Program-made: the position numbers and the translations under genes | Assembly (NCBI GenBank): GCA_000004985.1 | Contig: GG738857.1 | Length of the DNA: 64,000 bases | From: Naegleria gruberi | Taxonomy: Eukaryota | Strand: one strand, 5' to 3' | The notes under the pieces: model-generated | Seen by the model: only the letters and a program-made list of their open reading frames with translations | What the model was told of the DNA's origin: nothing | Database searches by the model: none | In this document: in pieces, positions 22,135-33,553 of the stretch | How positions within the stretch are numbered: position 1 is the first letter of the stretch | How the letters are laid out: each line of letters begins with the position of its first letter

Positions 22135-23905
22135 ATGAAAAGTAAAAGTGGAAAGTTAACAAAATGGGATTTTGTTGGTAGAATTGTGTTGGTTGTGGTG
22201 GGTGTGCTGATGATGATGTGTTTGCAGGAATCATTAGTTCATGCCAAGTCAATTGAAGAAGCAGAAAATTATCCATGTAGATTTGCACTTGAATATTCAA
22301 TTGCTGATTTTTATAATAATTCGATAAGAGCACAACAGTTTTTGATGAATGTTAGTCATTGGGAAGGTAAATTTGCTACGCATGGAGTTGGACTCAATAT
22401 GATTTCTGGATTGACCTATGATGGACATCAGATTGATTATGATACTTCAGAATTGCATGATCCACTTCATGATTTCTCAGCTGCTTCAAAAGAATCACTT
22501 CATTTGGATATGATTGCTTTGGGATTGAATGGTGATAAAATTGCAATGAATTTCTTCAAGTCTTCAATGGAATCACAATCGAATGTGAGATTTGCCTTTT
22601 CTGCCAAGAAGAATCAACAATTATTGAGATCCTACGAATCAATCAAGGATTCACAAGATAATAGAGTGCAACAATTCATTCTCTCCTCACTCAGAGCCAA
22701 GCTGCAAAGTTATGAAAAGTTTGATAATCAATATCCTGGCTTTGGTGGATTGTTGCCATGGTTCACTGTGAGTGATGAAGGTGCTGGACTATTGGATGGA
22801 TGGACAGATAGAGTTCCATCTCTAGACAATGGACAAATGATTTGGGGTTTGATTGCTGTTGAACAAGTTTTGAGACAACAACAAATTGGACTCGATCTTG
22901 CAGATATTATTGCTGCTAGAATTAAGAAACTCACTCAAACAGTTCTTCCAATATTTTACGATGGTAATGGACATGTGAGATGTGTTGCCAAGATTAAGAA
23001 TATTTATGGTAGTCCATATAATCCAAATAATTATCAAAGTGATGGTTCCTGTTATTTAAATGATCCTTATGAAGGAGAATTGATGGATTTCTTTATTGAT
23101 TTGAAAGCTGACTGGGCTGCATCTGGTTATTCACTTGATGAGAGAAATAAGATTTGGTTAGCCAAGAGATCCCAGACTCGTGCTGTTAAATACAAGTCGA
23201 AACTCTATGGAGATATTCTTGTTGAACAAGGTTTTTGGTATAGTTCACATGAAAAGTGGAAGTATCTCATGTTGCCATATCAATCCGTCCCTGTCAATAA
23301 TAGAATTTTCTTGAATGGTGAAAGGGCTAGACTTGTTAACAGTATTGAAAATGGAATTCCTGGATTGTTTGCCAGTGTAACAGTTCCAGTTAAAAGAGGA
23401 GATTATTCACCTCCATACTCATCTGCTTGTGGTATTGCACAAATAGCCAGTCAACCAATCGAATATACAACCATTGTAACTCCATATGGATCATTCCCAC
23501 CTGTACTTGCTGATCAAAATATTGGACTCATGTGGTATTTGACAACCATTCAAGGAGCCAAAATGCAAGGAGTTTATGGAAGCACTGAAAGTACAAACAT
23601 TACAGGATCTGCAATNNNNNNNNNNNNNNNNNNNNNNNNNNNNNNNNNNNNNNNNNNNNNNNNNNTCAAAATTCACTTCTACTTATTTGGCTAGTAATGG
23701 ACTGTATGATCGTTTCTATCAAATCGTGGACACTGAATGGACAAGAGTATTTGGAGTTGGACCATACGTTGGAGAACAAATTCCACTCGATAAACTCAGA
23801 CCAACCATTAACATTCCTCAAAATATGGTTGACTTTACAATGTGTTCTAAAACCAATGTCAATACCAAATCTGAGAGAATTTCAAAAATCTCTCTAAGAC
23901 AGTAA
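22135..23905 (+). CDS. Hypothetical type-II membrane/secreted protein (unknown family, possibly glycosidase-like), interrupted by a 50-N assembly gap
   Basis: ORFs 21991..23694 and 23576..23905 are in one frame across the gap 23616..23665. The likely start is Met 22135 (MKSKSGKLTKWDFVGRIVLVVVGVLMMMCL signal-anchor). The Met-rich upstream part of the ORF is probably 5' UTR. Confidence 0.45.
23616..23665. other. Assembly gap (50 N)
   Basis: Run of n in the sequence. Confidence 1.
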
Positions 23906-24161
23906 ATTAATTTATTATTCCATCAAAATCAAGATTCTCCAAAGTTCACTTATTAATGAATTCGCAGAGGTGTAATGAGCAACTTCAATCACTGAAAAAT
24001 CCAACTGATAAAAAACTTCCATTTCTTCTCATCATTCTCCACCTCAAAAAATACCTAGACAATTATCATTAATTATAGACCTGTGCACTGTTTTTCTATT
24101 GATGAAAGGTATGCACAAAGAAAACCCAATAAAGAATCGTTGAAAGTGAAATTTATTAATA

Positions 24162-27100
24162 CTAAGCACCTGTAGATTGCTCTTCACAACTGTCTGAGTG
24201 TTCTTCTTCTTCGTCTTCGTCATCATCATAAAAGTCACTGTCGTCTTCAACGCCTTCATCAGAGTCTTCTAAAGATTCAGAACCAGCTACAGATTCATTC
24301 GATACATGTTCAGTAATATTTCCTCTTTGAATGTTCTTCTGTTCCTTACTCTTGAATTTGCTTTCCATGAGGGACTTTAATACTTCCTCCTCTGTTAATG
24401 GTTTAAGGAAAGGATGGTCGAGAAGGGATTTCGCAGTACTTCTCTTTTCTGGATCCCACTCTAGACATTTAACCAAAAAGTCTCTGGCTGTCTCTGAAAC
24501 GAAGAAATTTTCCATCTCTTCGTCAGTTATTGCTGGAGACTTTCTAGCTTTGAGAATTTCAACGAAAACATGAATTGGTTCTCTGAGAGGTTGGAATGCT
24601 GGATACGGACATCTTCCTGTAAGTGCTTCCAAAATAACACAACCTGCAGAGAAAATATCAGATGGTTTGCCTTGATTCAAAGATTCCATGACTTCAGGTG
24701 CAATATACATTGGAGTACCGTTGATTTGCTTTGTTTGCTTATCTGATGCAGCATCTGCGTTCATCTTTTTAGATAAACCAAAATCGATCATTTTGATAAC
24801 ACCCCATTGGTTAAGCATGATATTGTAAGGTGAGATATCGCCGTGAACTATATTCTTATCATGCAAGTATGTCAATGCCTCAAATATTTGTTTGGCATAA
24901 ATTCTCACAATATTTTCATGCAAACGACCCATAGCATTCTTTCTGATAACTACATCCAAGGTTTCTCCTTGTACTAATTCCATTACCATACAAATAATAT
25001 CAGGTCTATAAATTGCTGCACAGGATTTATCATCCTTGAACAGAACGTATTTGAATAAATCACTTGCAATAAATTTTACAATGTTAGCATGATCTCCAAT
25101 ATCTTCCAAAATCTTAATTTCATTGATAATCTTGGAAAAGATGACCTCTGGCACCTCTGTGTTGAATGTTTTCTTAAGTGTATCCAGATAACAAATTTTC
25201 ATAGCAAATGATTGTCCTGTTAAAATGTGCATAGCACTGTACACAACTGAAAAGCTACCAGCACCAAGCTGTTTACCAATTTGAATGGTATCAAATAGTT
25301 TTTGTTGTTCTTTAAATGATGGACAATAAAGTGAACTGAAATGGTAAACTCCACGATACCAAAGAGCTTTTTGTTGCTCTTCCATTGACATGGAAGAAAA
25401 AGATGATGATGTAGGTGTTTCGTCAGCTGATAGGGTTTTGCTTAGCTCAGAGTTAGTTACACTTGATTTCCTAGGTGGTTGGACAGGTGTTTCTTCAAAA
25501 TCGTCATGGTCATATCTTTCTGAAGGTGGTGTCTTTTTGCTATTCTCAAACTGTGGTTTAAACATGTCATCTTCAGAAAAACTCTTATGTAGACTTTTCT
25601 TGGATGAGTAGGAAGTTGGAGTTTGATATCCATAAGCTGAGTGGGCATGAGGACTATGAGCAAAGTGTTGGAAGTTTTGATGGGAATGATTGCCATACAG
25701 GTGGTGATGATGGTGATGTCCATGTGAAATTGTTGGGCTCATGTATGTGGTTTGCAAGATGGAATGGGATGGAGAATGACTAACTTGTTGTTGTACAATA
25801 ACAACTTGCTGTTGCATATTATCAACATAGATATTAGTTCTGTCCATTTGTGAGTTTGCAAAATCTGAAGCAATGATAATAAAAGGATCATGTTCTATCA
25901 TTGGAGTACCAATAGAAAATACGCTTCCATCAGAATCATTGGAATAATCCTCTGTATACCTGACGCCTGGATTTACGTGAGCTTCCAGTTCAAAAACAGG
26001 TTGGTCATTATCATCTAGTTCTTCTATCTTGACAGTTTCTTTTTCTCTCTTTTTTGCATTCAGGTATTCCATATAGGCAATTTTCAACTCTTCAGTAGAT
26101 CTGATTGTAATCAAGTCTCCTTCAGCATCTCTGTATTTCAAAACAATAGCATTCACATCAGGAAGATCATCATCATCTACAGGTTGATGTGAGCTAGTAT
26201 ACTTTTGAGAAATGATCTTTCTCTTAAGGTCATCCAAAGTAGTGTTTGCCTCTAGCAAATTTTCAATCGATTCCATGTTATCATCCTGATTATCTGCATG
26301 AGTATAATCGCTAAAGTATTCTCCAGGATGGAATGTATCCATAGTAATATTTGGAATTTGAATAATTGTCGATTGCCTAGCTGTGAGTGGTGTAGCACTG
26401 GATGAAGCAACATTTGACTTTGTAACTATGAATGTCATTGGGATTTCTATTTGAATTTCTTCATTATTCTGCAGAGCATGATTCAACTCGTCTATTCCTC
26501 CATCAATTTCAAAAATATATTCTCCTCCATCTAAAAATGCATCACCAAAATGATATTCATCCAAATCATGAGTTCCACTATTGGTACTTGATGGTTCTGT
26601 GGATGTGTCTGATTGTTCAGAATCAGCTTCAGAAGATATTTCTTCATCTGAGCTGTAGTTGACCTCTTTTGGTGTAATGGTTTCGGTGACTTGCGAAGCA
26701 GGTACTTCTGTACGTTCTACGCTAATTTGTGATTCGCTTTCTAAAGGTGTCTTGTTTTCAGATGTTCCATCATCAGTTTGAGTCGAAACATCAAAAAATC
26801 TCCTCTTGTGACTATTAGCTCTTTCTCTTCTTTTTTTGGCAATAGCATCTGAAACCTGAGACTTGTTCACAACAACTGAGCGTCCATGTCGTAATCTCCT
26901 TTCCTTCTTTTCCTTTTTTTTCTTTTCTTTTGGAGGGGATTTTTCATTCTCTGGATCGTTCCATTTAACCTTAATGGTTTGAACAACTATTGAGGTTCTT
27001 GTTCCATTTTTCTGTAGTGGAAGAATATTTGGAGAAGTTGCAGACATCCTTCTTACTTGATGAATGCTCTCCTTAGGTGAAATGGAATGTTCTGAATGAG

Positions 27101-28646
27101 GTGTACTAGGCTGTAAAACTGCCATAATATTGCGATCTTGATTTGTAATAATAGAATGAGGTTTCTTTGTTCTATAATCACGTTTTTCGTGACTAGAGCT
27201 AGATGAATAATCACCATCTCCACTTGCTACAGAAGTTGATTCAAGACTTGGCAATGTTTCGTCATCATCCTCCACTTCCTCAATTGTGAATCCTTCCTCG
27301 TTATGGACATGAGAAGGTGGTCTAGGGATTGTTGATGAAGGTGTTGATGAAACAACTGTTAGTGTTGTGGTTGTCGTACTAGTTGTTGTTCCACTTCCTC
27401 TCCTAGCTGATGATGGTTCTGAATGCGAGCAAGGATCAAAGAGTTGCTCTGTTACGATTTGCACATGCATTGAAGTTGGTGAAGTTGCAGAGGCACAAGG
27501 ATTATTCAAAGGTGATGCAAAATAAATATTTGTTGCAGAGGAAACACGTTTGTGACCTCTTTTCCTTTGTGGTGGTTGTGTTGTATCAGAGATTGGTGTT
27601 GATGTTTGCGAGGAAGTTCTTATGGAAATTTGATTAAATGTGCCTGATCTTCTAGTATTTAGAGAGTAGCTTCTGGAATTTTTCGAGTCCTGGTTGTGAT
27701 GACCATTTACTACTGGAGGTTGTTGATGAAAATGAGGGTGTTGTTCATTTGGCATGACGAAAGAATTGGAAGGAAGGGATTGAGAAAGAATTTGAACATT
27801 TGTAGATGAAGGAGTGTGGTATGGTTGGGAATAGTGAATTTGATGAATTGTAGGAGAGGCAACACTTTGAAGGTTATAATTGTCTCCACTTCTAGAGTTT
27901 CTATGGTGATGATGGAGGTTTGAGGTATTCGGAGAAGGGTTACCACTAATACTAATATTTAACCTCGATGATGACACTGTTGGTACTGATTCAGAAAAGG
28001 CAAAATCAGCGGAATTTGTTCTTCTGTGATTTGGCCTGGGTGGTCTTTTTGATGTTGTTTGGTTGTTATTGAAAGAACAACGTTGTTTAATTTCCTCGTC
28101 ATCACTACTCGTATCACTATCTATTGTATAACCAGAAGTTTCCTTCTTGAAATGGTTCTTTGGGAGAGAAGGAAACGTTGGTTTTTTGTAGTTAGTTGTT
28201 GCTGATGCTGGTATTTTGTTCCAGTTATCAAAATGATGGAAACTATTGTCATAATTTTCTGCTTCTTCCTCCTCTTCCTCTTGACCATAAATTGGTGAAT
28301 CATGATGATGATGTTTAGGTTGTTGTTGTTGTGGAATGTCAGTGAAAGAAGATGAATCGTGTGGATGAGGAGAAGCCTTTTCATCAGTATCATCCTCTAA
28401 TCCTCCACTAAAATGAAATGAAGAGGCAGAGGAAAGAGGTGAATAGAAGGAAGACTTTGGATTGAGCCTAGTGGGTGTTGTTGTTGATGTTGGTTTAGTA
28501 TTCTCAGTGTTGGTGGTATTTTCATTTGACTGTACAGTATCTTCTTCCGATGTTTGAACCATATCCATATCGAAAAATTCATCATCAGTACTATGTTGAA
28601 GGAATCCCTCTCCTTCAGATCCTTCAAAATCTTCGTAATTATTCAT
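24162..28646 (-). CDS. Large Ser/Thr protein kinase (MEKK/STE-like) with a PB1 domain and long low-complexity regions
   Basis: 1494-aa single ORF. C-terminal kinase domain: LGAGSFSVVYSA, FAMKI, HGDISPYNIML (atypical catalytic loop), DFGLSKK, GTPMYIAPE. PB1-like segment LKRKIISQKYTSSH...IVLKYRDAEGDLITIRSTEELKIAYMEY. poly-H/S/T/N tracts. Confidence 0.8.
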   Translation of the reverse strand: MNNYEDFEGSEGEGFLQHSTDDEFFDMDMVQTSEEDTVQSNENTTNTENTKPTSTTTPTRLNPKSSFYSPLSSASSFHFSGGLEDDTDEKASPHPHDSSSFTDIPQQQQPKHHHHDSPIYGQEEEEEEAENYDNSFHHFDNWNKIPASATTNYKKPTFPSLPKNHFKKETSGYTIDSDTSSDDEEIKQRCSFNNNQTTSKRPPRPNHRRTNSADFAFSESVPTVSSSRLNISISGNPSPNTSNLHHHHRNSRSGDNYNLQSVASPTIHQIHYSQPYHTPSSTNVQILSQSLPSNSFVMPNEQHPHFHQQPPVVNGHHNQDSKNSRSYSLNTRRSGTFNQISIRTSSQTSTPISDTTQPPQRKRGHKRVSSATNIYFASPLNNPCASATSPTSMHVQIVTEQLFDPCSHSEPSSARRGSGTTTSTTTTTLTVVSSTPSSTIPRPPSHVHNEEGFTIEEVEDDDETLPSLESTSVASGDGDYSSSSSHEKRDYRTKKPHSIITNQDRNIMAVLQPSTPHSEHSISPKESIHQVRRMSATSPNILPLQKNGTRTSIVVQTIKVKWNDPENEKSPPKEKKKKEKKERRLRHGRSVVVNKSQVSDAIAKKRRERANSHKRRFFDVSTQTDDGTSENKTPLESESQISVERTEVPASQVTETITPKEVNYSSDEEISSEADSEQSDTSTEPSSTNSGTHDLDEYHFGDAFLDGGEYIFEIDGGIDELNHALQNNEEIQIEIPMTFIVTKSNVASSSATPLTARQSTIIQIPNITMDTFHPGEYFSDYTHADNQDDNMESIENLLEANTTLDDLKRKIISQKYTSSHQPVDDDDLPDVNAIVLKYRDAEGDLITIRSTEELKIAYMEYLNAKKREKETVKIEELDDNDQPVFELEAHVNPGVRYTEDYSNDSDGSVFSIGTPMIEHDPFIIIASDFANSQMDRTNIYVDNMQQQVVIVQQQVSHSPSHSILQTTYMSPTISHGHHHHHHLYGNHSHQNFQHFAHSPHAHSAYGYQTPTSYSSKKSLHKSFSEDDMFKPQFENSKKTPPSERYDHDDFEETPVQPPRKSSVTNSELSKTLSADETPTSSSFSSMSMEEQQKALWYRGVYHFSSLYCPSFKEQQKLFDTIQIGKQLGAGSFSVVYSAMHILTGQSFAMKICYLDTLKKTFNTEVPEVIFSKIINEIKILEDIGDHANIVKFIASDLFKYVLFKDDKSCAAIYRPDIICMVMELVQGETLDVVIRKNAMGRLHENIVRIYAKQIFEALTYLHDKNIVHGDISPYNIMLNQWGVIKMIDFGLSKKMNADAASDKQTKQINGTPMYIAPEVMESLNQGKPSDIFSAGCVILEALTGRCPYPAFQPLREPIHVFVEILKARKSPAITDEEMENFFVSETARDFLVKCLEWDPEKRSTAKSLLDHPFLKPLTEEEVLKSLMESKFKSKEQKNIQRGNITEHVSNESVAGSESLEDSDEGVEDDSDFYDDDEDEEEEHSDSCEEQSTGA

Positions 28647-29247
28647 GTTGTGTGTGTATCAAACAATCTTGATCTTTTTCGTTCTTTAAATAAAATCTCT
28701 GGTTCTCTTGACTACACTCTAAAACTCACAAAACTTCAGAACCTCTATATGATTCTGATAATGTTATATCAAACAATATTGATGAACCTAGAGACAAACG
28801 GATATGACTTTCCGGTCACAGAAGCAAAAAAGACGAACAACCAAAGTTTGTCGTTTGGGTGAGAGAAGAAGTGTTTGCTCTTCTAAATTTTTTTTATTGT
28901 TCTGCTTGAAAATTAATTAAAAATTGTTTTCATGATTTGGAAGCCAATTACACCCATCTTCACGTTTCTATGGAAAGAAGGCTGATAATTCATCGATTTG
29001 ATCTGGTAGTAATTATTATTCAAATTGATGATTTGACCAAAGTTTAAAAGAACATGAACGAAGATTTAAATGCAACATGATTTTCAATTCTATCCGAATG
29101 TTGGTGGAATGATAGAGACGAAATCTATGTATTCAGATCAAGTAATTCCTAAATTACAATGTTTTATTCAAAGAATTAGAATTTAATAATTTATTTAAAT
29201 AATAATAATTAAGATAGTGAAAATTAAAGAGAGAATTCTGGAATAAT

Positions 29248-29985
29248 TTAATCAGTCTTATTAGAAAAGAGTTTTTTAACAGTATTAATAATCATCTTGA
29301 CAACATTTCTATAAATTACTAAAATTAATGCAATATGAACAACAGCAACCATTAATGCAGTTGATAATCCAATAACAGACCAAACAAATATCAATACAAT
29401 ATAAACATAAATGACAACTGAGGCTGCATGACAAATTAAATTCAGATCGAGTTTCATCATTTCTGGTGGAATGGCATTATTAGGTTGATCGGCCATTTGA
29501 TCAGCCATTGGATTGGCAACATAACCAGTCTTTGCTGATGAAATTACATGACCAATATAAGAGCTGGCAAAATTCATAATGAAAAAGTGCATCTTGATAA
29601 ATCCAAAAGCAGCATTGGCACTATTTTCATACATTCTCTTATTAATTTCATCCTCATCTGCATCATCATCCTCCGGAATGAATCCATTGAAAACTCCACG
29701 TACATTATGTTCCAAACAATAGTACCTTGTCCAAAAAACTAAAAGAAAGAATAATCCAGTCCTAATCAAACCGAAAATAATTTGTAACATGAATGTAACA
29801 ATTGGCCATCGGATACGAACAGGACCAGAGGCATCTTGATTTTTAACCTTAGGTGAGAGAATATAGGCCAAATAACAAACGAGAGGATCTCCAATAATTG
29901 ATCCAATTGTTCCAGGTATTATCCAAATTGATCCGAAAAAGTCGTAGAGTGAAATTGGTATTGGTGGTAGAATAGAATCCATCAT
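29248..29985 (-). CDS. Hypothetical polytopic membrane protein (about 5 TM segments)
   Basis: 245-aa ORF with several 20-25-aa hydrophobic stretches and an acidic loop EDDDADEDE. No family recognised. Confidence 0.5.
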   Translation of the reverse strand: MMDSILPPIPISLYDFFGSIWIIPGTIGSIIGDPLVCYLAYILSPKVKNQDASGPVRIRWPIVTFMLQIIFGLIRTGLFFLLVFWTRYYCLEHNVRGVFNGFIPEDDDADEDEINKRMYENSANAAFGFIKMHFFIMNFASSYIGHVISSAKTGYVANPMADQMADQPNNAIPPEMMKLDLNLICHAASVVIYVYIVLIFVWSVIGLSTALMVAVVHIALILVIYRNVVKMIINTVKKLFSNKTD

Positions 29986-30624
29986 TATTTTTTTTTATTT
30001 TATTTAATTTAAATATTATTATTAATATTTATCATTATGATTCAATTATCGGAAAATGGTCATTCTTTAAATTATAATAATATATTCAATCTAATTGTGT
30101 AATAATAATAATACTATCTCTGCAATGATCATCTCGCACTAATAATCTACTGCTTAGTATCTTCTCACTACACTTGAAGAACAAGTAAGAACAAGCAACT
30201 CTTTCAAAAGTGGAAAGTGGTATTATTGGAAAGATCAACTGTCCAACCAGATTGCTTGCTCCACAGAAGCTTCAATTCAATTAGAGTTGTAAAGTATTGT
30301 AAGTACGTTCAACTGTAATGAAAAGGTGCATTTGACTCTTGTGTTACGGCCTCTTCCTCTGTTCATCATTAAGGCACAACTCAAATCGCACCGTTCAACT
30401 TCTAAACTCGCCCAACAACAACACAAACAACGCGCAAACAATAGTCGACGGCTAGAGTTCTTTCAACCCTTCTTGTTAAGATCCAACCTGCGGCTTGTTG
30501 ACGTGGCGCAACAAGGCCACACAACCTCACTCCGTTGTTAAGGCAAATCAATTTTTAAACAACCCACACACGGAACAACCTTACTCATAATTACAACAAG
30601 AAAAAAAACAACAAACAAATAAGA

Positions 30625-31761
30625 ATGTCATTCTGTGAAGAAGTTCAAGGATTGGTTGTCGATAACGGTTCTGGTATGTGTAAGGCTGGCTTCTCTGGTG
30701 ATGATGCTCCAAGATCAGTTTTCCCATCTATTGTCGGTTATCCAAAGATGCAAAGTACCATGGTTGGTATGGGTGGTAAGGACGCCTATGTTGGTGATGA
30801 AGCTCAATCCAAGAGAGGTATCTTGAAGTTGAAGTACCCAATTGAACACGGTATTGTTACTTGTTGGGAAGACATGGAAAAGATCTGGCATCACACTTTC
30901 TACAATGAATTGAGAGTTTCTCCAGAAGAACACCCAGTTTTGTTGACTGAAGCTCCTCTCAATCCAAAGACTAACAGAGAAAAGATGACCAAGATTATGT
31001 TCGAAACCTTCTCCGTTCCAGCTATGTATGTTGCTATCCAAGCTGTCTTGTCCTTGTATGCTTCTGGTAGAACTACTGGTGTCGTTGTTGACTCTGGTGA
31101 TGGTGTTACTCACACTGTTCCAATCTATGAAGGTTACTCCTTGCCACACGCTGTCCAAAGAATTGATTTGGCTGGTCGTGACTTGACTGAATGGATGGTT
31201 AAGCTCTTGACTGAAAGAGGTTATCAATTCACCACTACTGCTGAAAAGGAAATTGTCAGAGACATTAAGGAAAAGCTCTCCTATGTTGCTCAAGACTTCG
31301 ATGAAGAAATGAAGAACTTCTCCACCAACCCATCTTCCATTGAAAAGGACTACGAACTCCCTGATGGTAACGTCATTGTTGTTGGTAACGAAAGATTCAG
31401 ATGTCCAGAAGCTCTCTTCAACCCAATGCTCATTGGTCTTGAAGCTTCAGGTATCCATGAAACTACTAACAATACTATCAAGAAGTGTGATATTGATATC
31501 AGAAAGGATCTCTTCAACAATATTGTCATGTCTGGTGGTACTACCATGTTCGAAGGTATTCCAGAAAGATTGAAGAAGGAAATGACTGGTTTGGCTCCAG
31601 CTTCTATGTCTGTTAAGGTTGTTGCTCCACCAGAAAGAAAGTACTCTGTCTGGATTGGTGGTTCCATCTTGTCGAGCTTGTCAACCTTCCAACAGATGTG
31701 GGTTACCAAGGAAGAATATGAGGATGCCGGTGAACAAATTGTCCACAGAAAGTGTTTCTAA
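30625..31761 (+). CDS. Actin (divergent paralog)
   Basis: 378-aa single exon aligning end-to-end with actin: [59 protein letters not shown]. Unusual N-terminus [12 protein letters not shown] and many substitutions, at roughly 80% identity to conventional actin. Confidence 0.9.
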   Translation: MSFCEEVQGLVVDNGSGMCKAGFSGDDAPRSVFPSIVGYPKMQSTMVGMGGKDAYVGDEAQSKRGILKLKYPIEHGIVTCWEDMEKIWHHTFYNELRVSPEEHPVLLTEAPLNPKTNREKMTKIMFETFSVPAMYVAIQAVLSLYASGRTTGVVVDSGDGVTHTVPIYEGYSLPHAVQRIDLAGRDLTEWMVKLLTERGYQFTTTAEKEIVRDIKEKLSYVAQDFDEEMKNFSTNPSSIEKDYELPDGNVIVVGNERFRCPEALFNPMLIGLEASGIHETTNNTIKKCDIDIRKDLFNNIVMSGGTTMFEGIPERLKKEMTGLAPASMSVKVVAPPERKYSVWIGGSILSSLSTFQQMWVTKEEYEDAGEQIVHRKCF

Positions 31762-31803
31762 ATCTTGTACTACATAAATTGTATTTTATTAATTTTTCAT
31801 ACT

Positions 31804-33465
31804 TTATTTATTCCAATAACTTAATAATTCTTGGTGATCATATGAGTTGATTCTAACTTTCCTTAACTTGGCAAAAGTTGGATTAGTTTGCAAAGCTTTC
31901 ACACATTCACTTGATGCAGAAACTGCAAATGCATCAAAGTTTCTCAAATTTACCAAATTGGTACATTTTGAAACAAGGTTTTCATACAATTTGATTCCAT
32001 GTACATTGGAGCATTTACAAATTAATTCCTTCAAATTGGAATAGACTGATGAATCGAAAATGATTTCGAATAAAGATTCTAAACAAGTCAAGTCAGAAAT
32101 ATCCAAGTATTCCAAATTAGATAAGGTAGGAGCACTCAAAAAGGTAACATAGGTACTTTTCAATAATTCCTTGTTTTCGCAATCTAAAGCATATGAATTA
32201 GAGATGGTGAGCCTCTTTAGATTTGGGCAATGATAAGTGAGGGAAGGAAAGGTTGAAATGTAGGTATTTTTCAAATACAAATCAGTAATTGAGCTTTGGG
32301 AGTTTGGAGGACACTGTACAACCTCTGAATTTTCTTTGGTATACTGTGTTCTCTCTTTAAATATGTTTGCATTTGTCCAATTAAACCGTTCAGCTTTGAG
32401 TGTTGTGAGTTTTGGTAAACTTGGAGAAAAAATTAAATTTACAAATTCACTATTTGGCATGTAACCGTAGGAAAGATCAAGGCTAGTAATATTGGTTAAA
32501 CTTGTAAACAAGTTTGGGTATTGAGATTCATTCAAGCTACGATTTCTAATAGCCAAATATTCCAGATTGACCTTATCTTTCAAAAATGGGACTAGTCCAT
32601 TATCTCCTTTCTTCAAATATTGAACATGTTGTGGTAATTTTAAATGAGTGAGTTGATTCAAATATTTGGATTCTGACATGATTTGAAGAATTGTTTCTGG
32701 ATAATCATGACTTGATAAATCTAATTTTTTAACACTAGACATGAAACTGCTATTGAGCAACTCTTTTACCTCCTTTTCTGTAAACTTTCTCATACCGGAC
32801 AAGTTTAATTTTGTCAAATTCTTAATTGAACATTTCTTTAAATTCTTCACAGTTTGAATTCCCATATTATTAGATGATAAATCCAATTTTGTCAAATTGT
32901 CCAACTTTTTACAAGAAGCAAGAGCTTGAAATGTATCCACACCAGCAGAAAACAATGACAATGAAGTGACATTCTTGATAAATGATCCATCTAATAAACT
33001 GGTAATCTCTTCCTTTCCAATTTTGACTGAATTTCTTTTTGTATAACTTTTAGAACCTAATTTCACTTTAAACGAAAGTCTCTTCAAGGTTTCTCTCCAA
33101 GTCTTGGATACCAATTGACAGGAATTCATCAGAATTGGTAAATCCAAAAATTGATAAATGTGAAATAAATTATCAGAGTTTAATTGATCGGACGAAACTT
33201 TTCTTCTATGCACATCCAAATCCTTCAAGAATTCGTTAATATTGCCCACAAATTCATCAATCATGGAACTATTATTTACAAAATAATGATGACCAACCAA
33301 TTTCACCTTTTTAGAAAGTGAAAGTAATTGATCATTGACAGAGGTCATTTCATTAAATAAAACACCATCAATATTTTCATCAACATGTTCTTCTTTAGAT
33401 GATGATGTTTCTGCGTGTTTTCTCTTCTTGTTTTGTTTTGGCATTTTTTTTCTGGTGATTTTCAT
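31804..33465 (-). CDS. F-box / leucine-rich-repeat protein
   Basis: 553-aa ORF. F-box-like LFHIYQFLDLPILMNSCQLVSKTWRETL, followed by more than 10 LRR units (LTKLDLSSNNMG, LTKLNLSGM, LTHLKLP...). Confidence 0.65.
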   Translation of the reverse strand: MKITRKKMPKQNKKRKHAETSSSKEEHVDENIDGVLFNEMTSVNDQLLSLSKKVKLVGHHYFVNNSSMIDEFVGNINEFLKDLDVHRRKVSSDQLNSDNLFHIYQFLDLPILMNSCQLVSKTWRETLKRLSFKVKLGSKSYTKRNSVKIGKEEITSLLDGSFIKNVTSLSLFSAGVDTFQALASCKKLDNLTKLDLSSNNMGIQTVKNLKKCSIKNLTKLNLSGMRKFTEKEVKELLNSSFMSSVKKLDLSSHDYPETILQIMSESKYLNQLTHLKLPQHVQYLKKGDNGLVPFLKDKVNLEYLAIRNRSLNESQYPNLFTSLTNITSLDLSYGYMPNSEFVNLIFSPSLPKLTTLKAERFNWTNANIFKERTQYTKENSEVVQCPPNSQSSITDLYLKNTYISTFPSLTYHCPNLKRLTISNSYALDCENKELLKSTYVTFLSAPTLSNLEYLDISDLTCLESLFEIIFDSSVYSNLKELICKCSNVHGIKLYENLVSKCTNLVNLRNFDAFAVSASSECVKALQTNPTFAKLRKVRINSYDHQELLSYWNK

Positions 33466-33553
33466 TCAGATGTTCCAGAAAATGGTAGAAGATTTTTTTT
33501 TCAATTCTTTCATTATTGCCCTTAATAAAAGAAACTAGTTTAAATTAATTTAT

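Noticed and set aside
30326-30541. 71-aa ORF in the C/A-rich block upstream of actin
   Set aside because: Its composition is driven by the C-rich regulatory block, and it lacks coding periodicity or homology.
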